Below are positions 1 through 12,639 of a stretch of DNA of 64,000 bases, one piece after another. The number at the start of each line of letters is the position of its first letter. The stretch's first letter is position 1. Under the pieces are notes generated by a model, which worked only from the letters and a program-made list of their open reading frames with translations, was not told where the DNA came from and ran no database searches. The stretch comes from Octopus vulgaris (taxonomy: Eukaryota). The DNA lies in assembly GCA_951406725.2 (NCBI GenBank), contig OX597822.1, forward strand, positions 102,238,001-102,302,000. The letters run 5' to 3'. Position numbers and translations under genes: made by a program.

Positions 1-228
1 TAAGGAGTGACAAAGTCATTCATTTCCATATGTTGCAGTTTGAAATATCCCTTTTATTGTTCCTTGCCCTGGCAGTGTAACAGAAGTGATAGCAAGATCT
101 GAGCCGATGCCCTTGTAGTTTAGCAGTTTTGTATTTCATTTGTTTTGTAATTTATTTCTTATGTAGATGCAGGCATGGCTGTGTAGTTTAGAGGTTCACT
201 TCAAAACCTCAATATTAAGGGTTCATCT

Positions 229-448
229 GAAAGCAGCAAGCTGGCAGAATCATTAGCATGCCGGATGAAATGCTTAGCAGTTTTTCATCCATCTTCACAT
301 CCTGAGTTCAAATTCTGCTGAGGTCAACTTTGCCTTTCATTCTTTTGGAGTTGATAAAATAAGTACCAGTTGAATACTAGTGGCAATGTAATTGACTTAA
401 CTCCTCCCCAGACATTGCTGGCCTTGTGCCAAACTTTGAAACCAGTAA
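229..448 (+). mobile_element. tRNA-derived SINE, family B (Nin-domain-like), nested in an older SINE
   Basis: Homologous to 8822-9056, 11565-11780 and 51843-52078 (GAGTTCAAATTC B-box; TTTGCCTTTCATCCTTTCGGGGTCGATAAA core). Flanked by direct repeat TAAGGGTTCA (216-225, 449-458). Confidence 0.75.
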
Positions 449-977
449 TAAGGGTTCAGTACCATTGCCTGGAAGCTTTCAATTTGTGTCTTGTACTATA
501 GCCATGGAATGACCAATATGCCTTGTGAATGAAATTGGAAGATGGGAAATGAATTGGTGATGATGTTGATGATGATGATTGTTGTTGTTGTTAAGCAACA
601 AGATGGGTAAGGGTGATTAGGTGATGGTCTAGGACTTAGGGGCGGGAGACCCCAGACCTTGGAAAAAAAAAAACTTTGGTTGTCTTGTTGTAGTCAAGGG
701 CTCTTCGTTGATGCCCAACACCACTGGAAGGTGGCCCTCGAAGTCGCTGGAAATGGAGATCTCCAGGTCTAAATTCTTGAACGGCTGATGACGATGATGA
801 TAATGACAATAATGATGATGATGGTGATGTTGACAGTGGGGTATATTGGGCTTTTTAGATTTGTAAGGAAAGGAAATGAAGTTTTGCTATACTCATACCT
901 TCTGGTCATCTCTTATTCCTCCACTTCCCACAACTGAAATTGAAAATCATCATTATGCATTTTTAGAAAGATTTTTG

Positions 978-1352
978 GTTGCCAGCCTCGCCTGGCACGT
1001 AAGCACCATCCGCTCGTGTCTGTTGCCAGCCTCGCCTGGACCCCATGCCAGTGGCACGTAAAAGCACCATCCGTTCGTGTCCGTTGCCAGCCTCGCCTGG
1101 CCCCCATGCCGGTGGCACGTAAAAGCACCATCCATTCGTGGCCGTTTGCCAGCTCCGTCTGGCACCTGTGTGGGTGGCACGTAAAAAGCACCCACTACAC
1201 TCACGGAGTGGTTGGCGTTAGGAAGGGCATCCAGCTGTAAAAACTCTGCCAGATCAGACTGGGCCTGATGCAGTCTTCTGGCTTCACAGACTCCAGTTGA
1301 ACCGTCCAACCCATGCTAGCATGGAAAGCGGACGCTAAATGATGATGATGAT
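978..1352 (+). mobile_element. SINE-like element, family C (internal ~60-bp tandem units, (GAT)n tail)
   Basis: GTGGCACGTAAAAAGCACC units + CCAACCCATGCTAGCATGGAAAGCGGACG + (ATG)n tail. Further copies at about 2000-2442, 3240-3425(-), 5775-5957, 6120-6265(-), 7112-7325(-), 7360-7545, 11800-12190, 12300-12635, 24605-24962, 26388-27010(-), 47680-47826. Confidence 0.85.
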
Positions 1353-1474
1353 TCAATTGATCTATATTGCAAAACAGAAAGCAGTCAGTTATTTATTTTT
1401 TTTTTTTTTTGTTTTTTGGTGCTGGGGTGTTTTCCCATTTTCATTCCTTCTGTCTGTTTCATCTCTCTTTTCAG

Positions 1475-1605
1475 ACGTCGATGATAAAGCAGTTGTAAAA
1501 GAGCTAGAGGATTTGGATGTACCTCAGTCTTCGAACAATACCAGTTCATTTTCTTTTAGCCGTTCCAACAAAGTAACAGTGCGTACTGTCCAGAAACCTG
1601 GAGGG
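1475..1605 (+). CDS. HAX1: HAX1-like protein, internal exon (DVDDKAVVKELEDLDVPQSSNNTSSFSFSRSNKVTVRTVQKPGG)
   Basis: Pyrimidine tract + CAG acceptor (1472-1474), GTAAGC donor at 1606; ends phase 0, matching the next exon. Resembles the HAX-1 segment D.D.D...S(F/Y)FKSISVTKITKPDG. Identity is from recalled similarity, not a search. Confidence 0.7.
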
Positions 1606-2772
1606 GTAAGCGTTATACATTTATTCCTCCCCCTTCTCCTCATGATCATCATCATTGTTTTAACATCCACTTTTCCATGCTTGAATGGGTCATACAGAAT
1701 CCATTGAGGAAGATTTTCGGAAAGACTTCCACCCATCCCGTCCCCCACCCTCAATTTCCTCCCAAATTTGTTGATTTAAAAAAATTTTTTTTTGCCAAAA
1801 ATTCCCGAATTTGCTCTCATAACATAAAAACGGACGAAATGATGGTAGCCTACCTACCTTAATTATGATAATAACACCCTTAAAATCATAAATAATTCTG
1901 TCAGATAATAAGAGCGCATATATACTGAATAGCAAATCTGATGTAGAGATAAGCATACTGTTAAGTGAATATTTGAATTTTTTTTTAATGGAAATTGCAG
2001 TTGTGATACCAGTGCCGGTGGCACATAAAAGAACCGTCTGAACATGGCCCTTTCCTTCTTGGGACACAAAACTCTGCTTGCGAAGACCTGTTGAAGCAAG
2101 TGAAATCGAAATCAATCAAAAATCAATGGAAATTGCAGTTATGATACCAGTGCCAGTGGCACGTGAAAGAACCATCCGCCCTCAACTGGCCTCCATGCTG
2201 GTGACACGTAAAAAGCACCAACCGTTCATGGCCGTTGCCAGCCTCGCCAGGCACCTGTGCCGGTGGCACGTAAAAAGCACCCACTACAATCACGGAGTGG
2301 TTGGCGTTAGGAAGGACATCCAGCTGTAGAAACACTGCCAGATCAGACTGCGCCTGGTGCAGCCTCCTGACTTCCCAGACCCCAGTCGAACCATCAAACC
2401 CATGCTAGCATGGAAAGCGAACGTTAAACGAGGATGATGATGAAATTTGCAAATGTTCAATATTACTTAATCCTCCTATTTCTTATCTTACATCTAATAA
2501 AATTTTCGTCCTTCCCTCTATCTATTACTCCTCCTATCTACATATCTATCTGTCTATCTATCCCCCCTCTTTCTCTCTCTCTCTTGCTATATATATATAT
2601 ATATAGGAGTGGCTGTGTGGTAAGTAGCTTGTTTACCAACCACATGGTTCCGGGTTCAGTCCCACTGCGTGACACCTTGGGCAAGTGTCTTCTACCATAG
2701 CCTCGGGCCGACCAAAGCCTTGTGAGTAGATTTGGTAGGCAGAAACTGAAAGAAGCCCGTCGTATATATGTA

Positions 2773-2814
<42 letters not shown>

Positions 2815-2847
2815 TGTGTGTGTTTGTGTGTCTGTGTTTGTCCCCCT

Positions 2848-2886
<39 letters not shown>

Positions 2887-3427
2887 CTGAAACAAGTATA
2901 TATAAAATATCTCATTTATAATAACTTTCTCATTCATTCCTCCTTACTCATATATATATATATGTATATATATTCTCATTTATAATAACTTTTCCTTTCC
3001 TCTCCCCTTTTATCCCTCTGTCGCTCAGTACACTTCTGATTAATCCTTAAACTATAAATTATAGCTTCAACCAGTGTCATTCTCTTTTAGTTTTGAGTCT
3101 TTATGTAATGAATGACAAATACATATTCTCTCCTTGTATTTACCTTGTAACTCCTATCCTCTAGTGAAATATTTGTAACATGAATTAAAAATATACCAAA
3201 TTTTCCAGTCTTTGTTTATAAGTATATGTGTGTGTTTGTTATCATCATCATCATCATCATCATCGTTTAATATCCACCTTTCATGCTGGCATGGGTTAGA
3301 CAGTTTGACAGGATCTGGCCAGGGAGAAGACTAGCCCAGGCTACTGTGTCTTTTTTGCCATGGTTTTTTATGGCTGGATGCCCTTCCTAACACCAACCGC
3401 CCTGCAGAATGAACTGAGTGCTTTAGG

Positions 3428-3834
3428 TGTAGGAGTGGCAGTGTGGTAAGTAGCTTGCTTACCAACAACATGGTTCCGGGTTCAGTCCCACTGTGTGGCA
3501 CCTTGAGCAAGTGTCTTCTACAATAGCCTCAAGTCAACCAAAGCCTTGTGAGTGGATTTGGTAAATGGAACCTGAAAGAAGCCCATCGTATATATGTATA
3601 TATATAAATATATATATATATATATGTATGTGTGTGTCTGCTGTGTTTGTCCCCCCAACATCGCTTGTCAACTGATGCTGGTGTGTTTACGTCCCGTAAC
3701 TTAGCACTTCAGCAAAAGAGACCGATAGAATAAGTACTAGGCTTACAAAGAATAAGTCCCGGGGTCGATTTGCTCGACTAAAGGTGGTGCTCCAGCACGG
3801 CCACAGTCAAATGACTGAAACATGTAAAAGAGTA
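3428..3834 (+). mobile_element. tRNA-derived SINE, family A (CORE-like segment, internal TA/TG tract, LINE-like tail)
   Basis: A-box TGGCNGTGTGG, B-box GGTTCAGTCCC, CCTTG(G/A)GCAAGTGTC core, tail GGCGGTGCTCCAGCATGGCC...GACTGAAAC. Other copies: 2603-2898, 9308-9472 + 11103-11190, 32860-33072, 58490-58695. Confidence 0.85.
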
Positions 3835-4376
3835 TATATATATATATATATATATAGTGTGGGTGTGTGTATGTATATATATGTGTGTATATATATATAT
3901 ATATATAGATATATATATATATATATATATATAGATATAGATATAAATATGCTTATAGGCACAAGGGTGGCTGCGTAGTTAAATTTACTTTCCAAATACA
4001 TTGTTTTGGCAAGTGTTTATTACTGACCAAAGCCCTGTTTGTAGATTTGGTAGATAGAAACTAAAAGAAGCCTGTCTTATGTTCATGTATGTGCTTGTGT
4101 CTCTCTGTGTGTACGTGTGTCCATGTTATGTGTTTGTATAGGATGTAGGAGGGTTTTACACTTGTAAATGCATGTCACCATCATACAAGTAGTGCTGTTC
4201 ATTTTCAATCTTCCATGCCAACGTATCTGAGCATGGGGGGGGGGGGAGAAATATTACCTTTCTTGGAAACAGGTTGGCAACAGTAAGGGCAATCAGCTGC
4301 TGAAAATCTTGTTACCAAATTCTGTTCAAAATCTGTGTGAGCCTAGAGAAAGGGACATTAAAACAAGGACAATGAT

Positions 4377-4593
4377 ACACAAGGGGGTGCTGACAAAGTG
4401 TCTGGCTTTGAGTAAAAGAAATTACAGGAAGTGATCTTAATTGTGATTTTATTCAATATATTCTCCTCTTAGATTCACATGCTTGTTGCAGCAGTCCTTC
4501 AGTTTTTCCAAGGCCTTGTAAAAGAACTCAGAAGGTTGGGCCTTCAACCAGGCCTTGCGCGATACCCTTAAAGGCAGGAACTTTTCAGCAACA

Positions 4594-4600
<7 letters not shown>
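4377..4600 (-). mobile_element. Short internally deleted mariner-type element (MITE-like)
   Basis: Imperfect TIRs (GGGGTGCTGACAAAGTGTCTGGCTTT ... AAAGGCAGGAACTTTTCAGCAACAC). Minus strand encodes AWLKAQPSEFFYKALEKLKDCCNKHVNLRGEYIE, like a mariner transposase C-terminus. Confidence 0.65.
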
Positions 4601-4640
<40 letters not shown>

Positions 4641-4644
<4 letters not shown>

Positions 4645-5683
4645 ACGGTTAGCCAGTACTTCCCGGTGACCCACATTGGATGTGGCACCGGCATGTCTGG
4701 GAGTAAAGAGTGACAGTTCTTTGTTTACGGAAGACTAATGGGTTTTGGAAGGACCTGTGACCTTGTGCGGGTGAATTAGGGGTCGTTCTAGACACCCCGA
4801 GGAAGACAGATTAAGGGAATCTGAGAGCAGATAGAGAGGGTGATAGGCAGCAGGCGATAGAGATAGAGTAAGGGCTGAGAGCAGATAGAGAGGGTGATAG
4901 GCAGCGGGCGATAGAGATAGAGTAGGGAATCAGACAGCAAATAGAGATAGAGTATAAGGCTAAGAGACAGAGGGAGATGAGGGAGTGGAAGTCAGGACAA
5001 GGAAGTGAGGTTTTGGGCAGTTGGGAGCCGGTCGTCAAAGAACACAGTCGGATTCTGGAATCTTAGGAGCAAGCGGTGGAATTTTAGGAGCAAGTTGGTA
5101 TGCGAGAAAACTTGGCGGCACAGAAGGGAATATGTACAGAGGAATTAGCAGTATTGAGAGATGAGTGCGGAATGGGACACTGGCGATTCAGTTAGAAATT
5201 GAGGTATATGATTGTGTATTGATACGTGTCACGATGTAAAAGAAAAGAAGAGAGAAAAAGAAGGACTCTGTCGATGTGACGTTATCTGTGATGTGTAGAA
5301 AAAGACTTTAATAGAACTGTTGTCTTCGGACGTGAACTTTGAATTGTACTCTTGAATTGCTGTTGTTAAATGCTTTGATATGTGGTATACTGTATGATGT
5401 ATTGATTTGTTGTTTGCCTTAAATGTATTTGATGTTGTAACAATTGATTGTCATATAAACTAGTTGTTGAATATAAGCCAGTGTTGCCAGTTGTTGCCTT
5501 GCCTCTTTTGGTGTCTCTCTCGGGTTGTATCTCTGTATCTCTGTGCTGCTGCGGTTGTTGTTGTTGGTGTCTTCTCCTCTCCCCTCTCTCTCCGAGTTTC
5601 CGTAGCTTATTCGCTGATCGAATCGGGCCTGTGTGTGAGGATTTCCGTAACAGTTTTCGGATGCTCCCCACTCGTTCGTAACA
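4641..5683. mobile_element. Solo LTR (~1.04 kb) inserted in (TA)n
   Basis: Termini TGTTACG...CGTAACA (7-bp inverted repeat, TG..CA), ATAT on both sides, internal 54-bp tandem units near 4821-4975; related to 21844-22809. Confidence 0.75.
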
Positions 5684-6037
5684 ATATATATATAGTTATA
5701 AATTAGGGTATCTATGAGATACCACCATACCACCATTAGATACCCTAATTTATAATTTTAATAATTATTACTGTGCGGGTGGCACGTAAAAAGCACCCAC
5801 TACACTCACGAAGTGGTTGGCGTTAGGAAGGGCATCCAGCCATAGAAACACTGCCAGATCTGACTGGGCCTGATGCGGCCTTCCGGCTTCACAGACCCCA
5901 GTTGAACCGTCCAACCCATGCTAGCATGGAAAACGGACGCTAAATGATGATGATGATTACCTTTGAAGGTTATTTTTTCCATGCTGACCACTTGATAAAA
6001 TCGTTATATTATTTTTAAATTAGCAATCTTATCCTTA

Positions 6038-6072
<35 letters not shown>

Positions 6073-6261
6073 ACATATATATGTATGTATACAGACACAT
6101 AGACATATATCATCATCGTCGTCATCATCATCATCGTTTAACGTCCGTTCTCCATGCTAGCATGGGTTGGACGGTTCGACCGGGGTTCTGGGAAGCCAGA
6201 AGGCTGCACCAGGCTCCAGTCTAATCTGGCAATGTTTCTACAGCTGGATGCCCTTCCTAAC

Positions 6262-6311
<50 letters not shown>

Positions 6312-6776
6312 TATATAACTGGAGGAGAGGTATCAGTTAGTCTTACAAGATCATAGATCTGCTTCTGGGAAATTTTGTTCCAATCATCTTGGCAAAATTA
6401 TAGTGACCCCCCCCCCATGAGCCCATAGGCACACGCATTACTGTGTGGTAAGAAATTTACTACCGCAAAAAATAAATTTTTCTAAATAAATGAAAATAAA
6501 TTTATTTTCGTATGTTGGGCTGGTCCACATACAATGACTATGGCAGCATCTGGCAATGCAGGCCTCCCTCAGACATAGGCATCCACAGCCTGCCAGTGTC
6601 TCTCATTCAGTTGCTTTTCAAGCATCAGTTGTGTTTCAATGAAAATAGTGTTGAAAAATATAAATCCAACATAACGACCAGGTCACTCAGAACAGAACTC
6701 ACCCCTAAGTTGAGGAAAAGGTGGGGTTTTTTTGTTTTTGTTTGTTTGTTTGTTTGTTTTTTGTTGTTTTTTTTCA

Positions 6777-7090
6777 TAGTTTCAGCTCAGAGCTGCGGCC
6801 ATGCTGATGCACTGCCGTTTTGCTACACTGTTATTACTAAGAGCCTCCTCTAATATGTGGCACTTGGTGAAGAATGGACTTTGATATAGCTACTCTCATT
6901 TGTACCTCTTGCGTGAGGTAGGTTCATCTGGGACTTTCGACAGGAAGAGGTCCAGCTTTGATTTAAAAATCCCTACATCTACTTTGTACAAGTTCCTTAG
7001 ACTCTTTGGGAGAATATTAAAAAGCTGTGGGCCCTTGAAACCCAGGCTGTTGCAATAGCTGGTCCTGAAGCCTGATGGCATTGCTGGGAT
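6777..7090 (-). mobile_element. CR1-group LINE 3' fragment
   Basis: Encodes ...GPQLFNILPKSLRNL...FKSKLDLFLSKVPDEP, a typical CR1-group ORF2 end, then a 3' UTR. A second copy of the 3' UTR lies at 31668-31760 (+). Confidence 0.7.
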
Positions 7091-8142
7091 CTATATATAA
7101 TATATATAATATATCATCATCATCATCATTTAGCATCCGCTTTCCATTCTAGCATGGGTTGGACGGTTCAACTGGGGTCTGGGAAGCCAGAAGGCTGCAC
7201 CAGGCACCAGTCTGATCTGGCAATATTTCTACGGCTGGATGCCCTTCCTAACGCCAACCACTCCGTGAGTGTAGTGGGTGCTTTTTACGTGCCACCGGCA
7301 CAGGTGCCAGACGGGGCTGGCAATGTATGTATGTATTTATATATATATAGCTATGGCCAGTGCCAATGAGACATAGAAGGCATCCACTACATTCTGTGGA
7401 ATGGTTGGTGTTAGGAAGGGCATCCAGCTGTAGAAACCAAGCCTAGACAAACTTGAGCCTGGTTACAGCTCTCCAGTTTACCGGTTCCAGTCAAATCGTC
7501 TAACCTATGCCAGCATGGAAAACAAATGCTAAATGATGATGAGGATATATTTGTGTGTGTGTGTGTGTGTGTGCATTTGTTACTGTCTCCATGCCTTGAC
7601 GTCTTGCGATAGTTGTAAATAAGTATCACCGTACAGCAATTCTGTGGAAACGTGTCTAGTCATGAGGAAACATTACCTTTCTTGGAAACAGGTGTGGGTT
7701 AGCGACAGAACAGGTATCTGGCCATGGAAAATGCATCTCAACAAATTCTGTCTGACCCAGGTGAGCATTGAAAAGCGGACCTTAAAATGGTAATGATCTT
7801 GATGATGATGACATGTGAGTGACAGCCCCCACTTCGGTGATTGCATTTGAAGTTACTGTCTTCCAGTTTTGTCCTGATGCGTTTTTTTTTTTTTGCCCTC
7901 ATCAGTTTTGCCTTATTACATTGGCAAGTATCCACCTTAAATCTCTTCCTTTTAAACTCGCATCTGGCACCAGTCTGTCATATTCGTCCTCATATTTGTC
8001 CCATTAAAGTACCAACGGTTTGTTTATATTACAAAGGACAGGGTCATACATAGTTACTTCCCCTTAAAAAAATTACAGCCGTCTTTGTTTTACTCTTTTT
8101 TAATTTTATTTTTTGTCAATTTTTTTTTTCTTTTTTTCACAG

Positions 8143-8296
8143 AAATTTGAACATTGGCGAACCATGGAAGATTCTTCTGGGCGTAAAGAAGAAGTCTATA
8201 CTAAAGTAGCAGATGGCCAAAAACACACGATAACCCGTAAAGTCGATTCAGTGGGTAACGAAGAAGAAACTGAAGAAATACAGACCTTGGGGAATT
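8143..8296 (+). CDS. HAX1: HAX1-like protein, internal exon (KFEHWRTMEDSSGRKEEVYTKVADGQKHTITRKVDSVGNEEETEEIQTLGN)
   Basis: Long T tract + CAG acceptor (8140-8142), GTATGT donor at 8297; phase 0 in, phase 1 out. EHWRTMEDSSGRKE matches the HAX-1 motif EERRTVVDSEGRTE. Confidence 0.72.
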
Positions 8297-8464
8297 GTAT
8301 GTGAATTGCTTCTTCTTCTATTAGCTTTGTAGTTGATTTACCCCTTTATTGGTTTCAGTTTTTACCCTTTTATTTTATCAACTCCTCTTTGCTGAACTGC
8401 TAAGAGCACGTCTCCCTGTGCAGAGGAAAACACAAACACTTGCATATAGATATACATGCATTAT

Positions 8465-8586
8465 TTATAAACAGCACAGCTCCCATGACTTTTGGAAACA
8501 TTTTTTCACACTAAGAGTTGCTGAAGCATGGAACAAACTGCCGGCATCAGTTGTTAGTTGTCGGAGCACTGCATCCTTCAAAACTT
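8465..8586 (+). mobile_element. CR1 LINE fragment
   Basis: RKHFF.LRV...WNKLP..VV......FK motif; homologous to 39340-39660 (-). Confidence 0.7.
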
Positions 8587-8821
8587 CTCCATCAAGGGTC
8601 TTTTTTTTTTGTCTAGCAAGTAACATGGTGATCTTCACTCATACCAGTGTCATGAGAAAAGGAACCCAGTACACTCTGTAAAAATGGATAGTGTTAGTAG
8701 AGGCATCCAGTCAGAGGAACCATGCTTGACATATTCCTTCAACTCGTTTGCCTTCAGACTGAATTCGATAATAGAAACTGTATGGAAATCTCTCTGTTTT
8801 TGTGGTGTATTTGCATAGATA

Positions 8822-9056
8822 TTTATTTCTTTACTACCCACAAGGAGCTAAACACAGAGGGGACAAACAAGGACAGACAAACGGATTAAGTCGATTACAT
8901 CAACTCCAGTACATAACTGGTACTTAATTTATTGACACCGAAAGGATGAAAGGTAAAGTCGACCTCAGCGGAATTTGAACTCAGAACATAACGGCAGACG
9001 AAATACAGCTATGCATTTCGCCTGGTGTGCTAACGTTTCTGCCAGCTCGCCACCTT
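8822..9056 (-). mobile_element. SINE family B (Nin-domain-like)
   Basis: Reverse complement closely matches 51843-52078. Confidence 0.85.
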
Positions 9057-9482
9057 AATTTGCATAGATATTGGCATTCCACAGCTTCACTTGTCATTGT
9101 TTGATGGAAACAGTGTTACGCTGTTTATATTCCTTGTTGTCATTATGACTGGTGACTTTGTTCTTTCAAAAATCCAAAGAAAAAACAAAAATTCTTTGGA
9201 AAACAGGTTAGGGTCGGTTACAAGTAGAGCATCCAGCAATAAAATACTTCTTCAAATAGATCTCCATCAAAACCTGTGCTAACATAGAGAAAAAAAAATT
9301 ACCATTAGGTGCAGGAGTGGCCTTGTGGTAAGTAGCTTGCCTACCAACCACATGGTTCTGGGTTCAGTTCCACTGCATGACACCTTGGACAAGTATCTTC
9401 TACTATAGCCTCGGACCGACCAAAGCCTTGTGATTGGATTTGGTAGACAGAAACTGAAAGAAGCCCGCCGTAAAAATGTATG

Positions 9483-9524
<42 letters not shown>

Positions 9525-9702
9525 TATATAAAATTAGAAAATGGAGAAACATACTTAAATCAATCAAACATCAACCAACAGATGATACCTAATCAATACT
9601 TTATTACACCATTACATAACAGTAAAGGCATTATACAAAATATATTGTAAATATAATTAGACAAGGAAATAGAAATATAAAATATAATATGTAATTATAT
9701 CA

Positions 9703-9818
9703 TATCTGACAGCTGTTTCGGCAGTAAGGGCAATCATACCTCATTTAACCTATAAGCCATATAAGGCAGGTATAAATGAGACATTAACAAGGATGCCCCA
9801 CGGCCTCTTCAGAGAATT
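9703..9818 (-). ncRNA. Hammerhead ribozyme motif (type I, long stem II) in an AT-rich insertion
   Basis: Minus strand: UCU-CUGAAGA-GGC...GCC-GAAAC-AGCU-GUC-AGA; palindromic stem III ACAGCUGU; GUC triplet; short stem I. Confidence 0.65.
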
Positions 9819-10171
9819 TAATAAATTATAATTGTGAAAAAATTTTTTTCCATATACATATCAATATAAAAATGTAAAATATAAAAACGTGTGCATAGAC
9901 ACCATAATACTACACACATATATATATATATTCATTAATACAATAATACAAGATACACAAAACAAAATAAAACAAAATATATATCAATATATATTAATAA
10001 GCTCAGTTATTCTACATATTGAGTTAATAGTTCTAAAAACTACCACACAAGAAGATATATGCACACTCACATTTAAATTAAAATCAGACTTATACATGAA
10101 AAGTAATAAAAAACCACATTTCAGTTCATAAAATTATAAACCTGTAAAAGTCAATAATAATTACTATTAAT

Positions 10172-10208
<37 letters not shown>

Positions 10209-11304
10209 GATACAGTTATGTCTGCACCAAGTACATCCATCGGATATCTACATATCTAAGTGTCTGGTTATTCTGTCCGCTTGATATTAATTATTCTAGA
10301 TTAATTCGATTGGCTTATAGTTTAAAATTTGAATCACAAAAGAAATTTTACGGTTAGTTAGTCAAGAAACGCACATACGCACACACACATCCACAGATCA
10401 ATCGCACATACATACATAATTATATGTATACACACACACATAGACTCATACACATACATATCCACAAATCAAGTCCAACACATAAATAAATAAATAAATA
10501 ATAAAAGAGGTATAATCCTATCCATGCAGGCATTGAGCTTCTCAAAACTAAAAACATGCCACAAAATTAACAAAATAGATCCACTCATATATTTCCATAA
10601 AATATTTGTTTTAAAGATACATATATTTATATATCACGACATCGAATGTTATTTTCGCAGGGTATACGCAGTATGTGAACACCGGTTTTTTCCGTAGTCA
10701 ACATAACGATTACTGATTACACGGTAATTTGTTATAATCGCATGTACGCTAAGTTATAAATTATAGATTAATTTTTTATAGTAAATATATATCTTTTCAA
10801 CGTAATAAATCCAGTGCCATTATAATATTAATATTTAACCAACAAGGAACCTAACCTACGAGTTAATAGAATTACACTCAGATATACATACTCTTGTGTA
10901 TCATCAGATATAAACAAACGCACCGGGGACTAACTAATACAGTTAAATATAAGTAAATAACAGAAATTAAATTAATTATAAGTTAATAAATTGTAAATAC
11001 TTAAGTTAAAAATGTGATAAAATAAAAAAGAAGAAATAATTAAAAATTACATACATAATATAAGTACAAACCAGTATACATGTATCCATATATTAATTAT
11101 TAAAATAAGTCATGGGGTCGATTTCTTCGACTAAAGGCAATGCTCCAGCATGGCCACAGTCAATTAACTGAAACAAGTAAAAGAGTGAAAGGGTATTAAC
11201 AAAAAGAAATGAACACATGAAGAACGAAGATATTTAATTCTTAGCTTCGTTATGTATATTTCCCTCTTCTTGCCACTAATCAATTAATTTTCTCCTGATT
11301 TTAG

Positions 11305-11453
11305 CTTTTGAAGATCAGATTGATAGAACACCAAGGAGTCCCTTGAGTGAGAACCATGATCAGGCAAATGAACAGCTTTACAGTCCCTACCAGCAAGGAA
11401 TGTCGTCAGTCAGATATTACTTCTCAAATTTATTTGGTTTCAAACGTGATTAA
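11305..11453 (+). CDS. HAX1: HAX1-like protein, terminal coding exon (SFEDQIDRTPRSPLSENHDQANEQLYSPYQQGMSSVRYYFSNLFGFKRD*)
   Basis: TTTTAG acceptor at 11299-11304. The phase-1 start joins the previous exon in frame to TAA at 11451-11453. Aromatic/basic C-terminal tip is similar in character to HAX-1 (LFLGRWFRSR). Confidence 0.65.
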
Positions 11454-11514
11454 ATTGTTGCTTCTTCTAATTTCTTTCATTCAGTTGTGATTTTTTTGTA
11501 GATTCAGCTTTTGT

Positions 11515-11520
11515 AATAAA
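11515..11520 (+). promoter_or_regulatory. Candidate polyadenylation signal AATAAA of the HAX1-like gene
   Basis: AATAAA about 60 nt after the stop codon, followed by T-rich sequence; the next repeat starts at about 11565. Confidence 0.45.
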
Positions 11521-12639
11521 CTCTGTTACACCATTGATGGTTATATTTTCATGTATTCATTTCCTTTCCACTACAGGTACAAGGCCTGAAAATTTGGGTG
11601 AGCAGGTGGGGCTAGTCAATTACATCGACTCCAGTGCTCAACTGGTGTTTATTTTATTGATCCCAGAAGGATGAAAGGCAAAGTTGACCCCGGCAGAATT
11701 TGAACTCAGAACGTAAAGATAGATGAAATGCTGCTAAACATTTTGCCTGGTGTGCTAACAATTCTACCAGCTCACCACCATTCTTATTTATTTATTGTGC
11801 CCCGTGCTAGTAGGGTGCTAAGAGCACCAACCGAGCATGATCGTTGCCAGAGCAGCTAACTGGCTTCCGTACTGGTGGCATGTAAGAGGCACCATTTGAG
11901 CGGGATCATTGCCAGCATCGCCTTACTGACACCCGTGCCGTTGGCATGTGTAAAAAAGATTTGAGCGAGGTCATTGCCAGTACCGCCTGACTGGCCCCCC
12001 ATGCTGGTGGCACATAAAAGCACCCACTACACTCTCGGAGTGGTTGGCATTAGGAAGGGCATCCAGCTGTAGAAACTCTGCCAGATCAAGACTAGAGCCT
12101 GGTGCAGCCATCTGGTTCGTCAGACCATCCAACCCATGCTAGCATGGAAAGCGGATGTTAAACGATGATGATGATGATGATGATGATGATAATAATAATA
12201 AGTTTACATTTTGTATATTTTGAAAAATGGAGGAGTAGCCATGTGCTTCGAATGCTTGCTTCCCAACCATGTGATTGGTGGTTCAATATACAAAGATCAG
12301 TGCTGATGTCACGTGAAAAACACCATTCGAGCGTGATCGTTACCTGCATTCGCCTTACTAGCACTTGTGCTGGTGGCACATGAAAAAACATTCCAGCGAG
12401 GTTGTTGCCAGTGCCGCTGGACTGGCTCCAGTGCAGGTGGCACATAAAAAGCACCATTTGAGTGTGGCCGTTGCCGGTACCACCTGACTGGCCCTCATGC
12501 TGGGGGCACATAAAAAGAACCCGCTACACTCATGGAGTGTCTGGTGCAGCCGTCTGGTTCACTAGACTTCAGTCAAATCGTCCAACCCATGCTAGCATGG
12601 AAAGCGGACGTTAAATGATGATGATGATGATGATAACTG

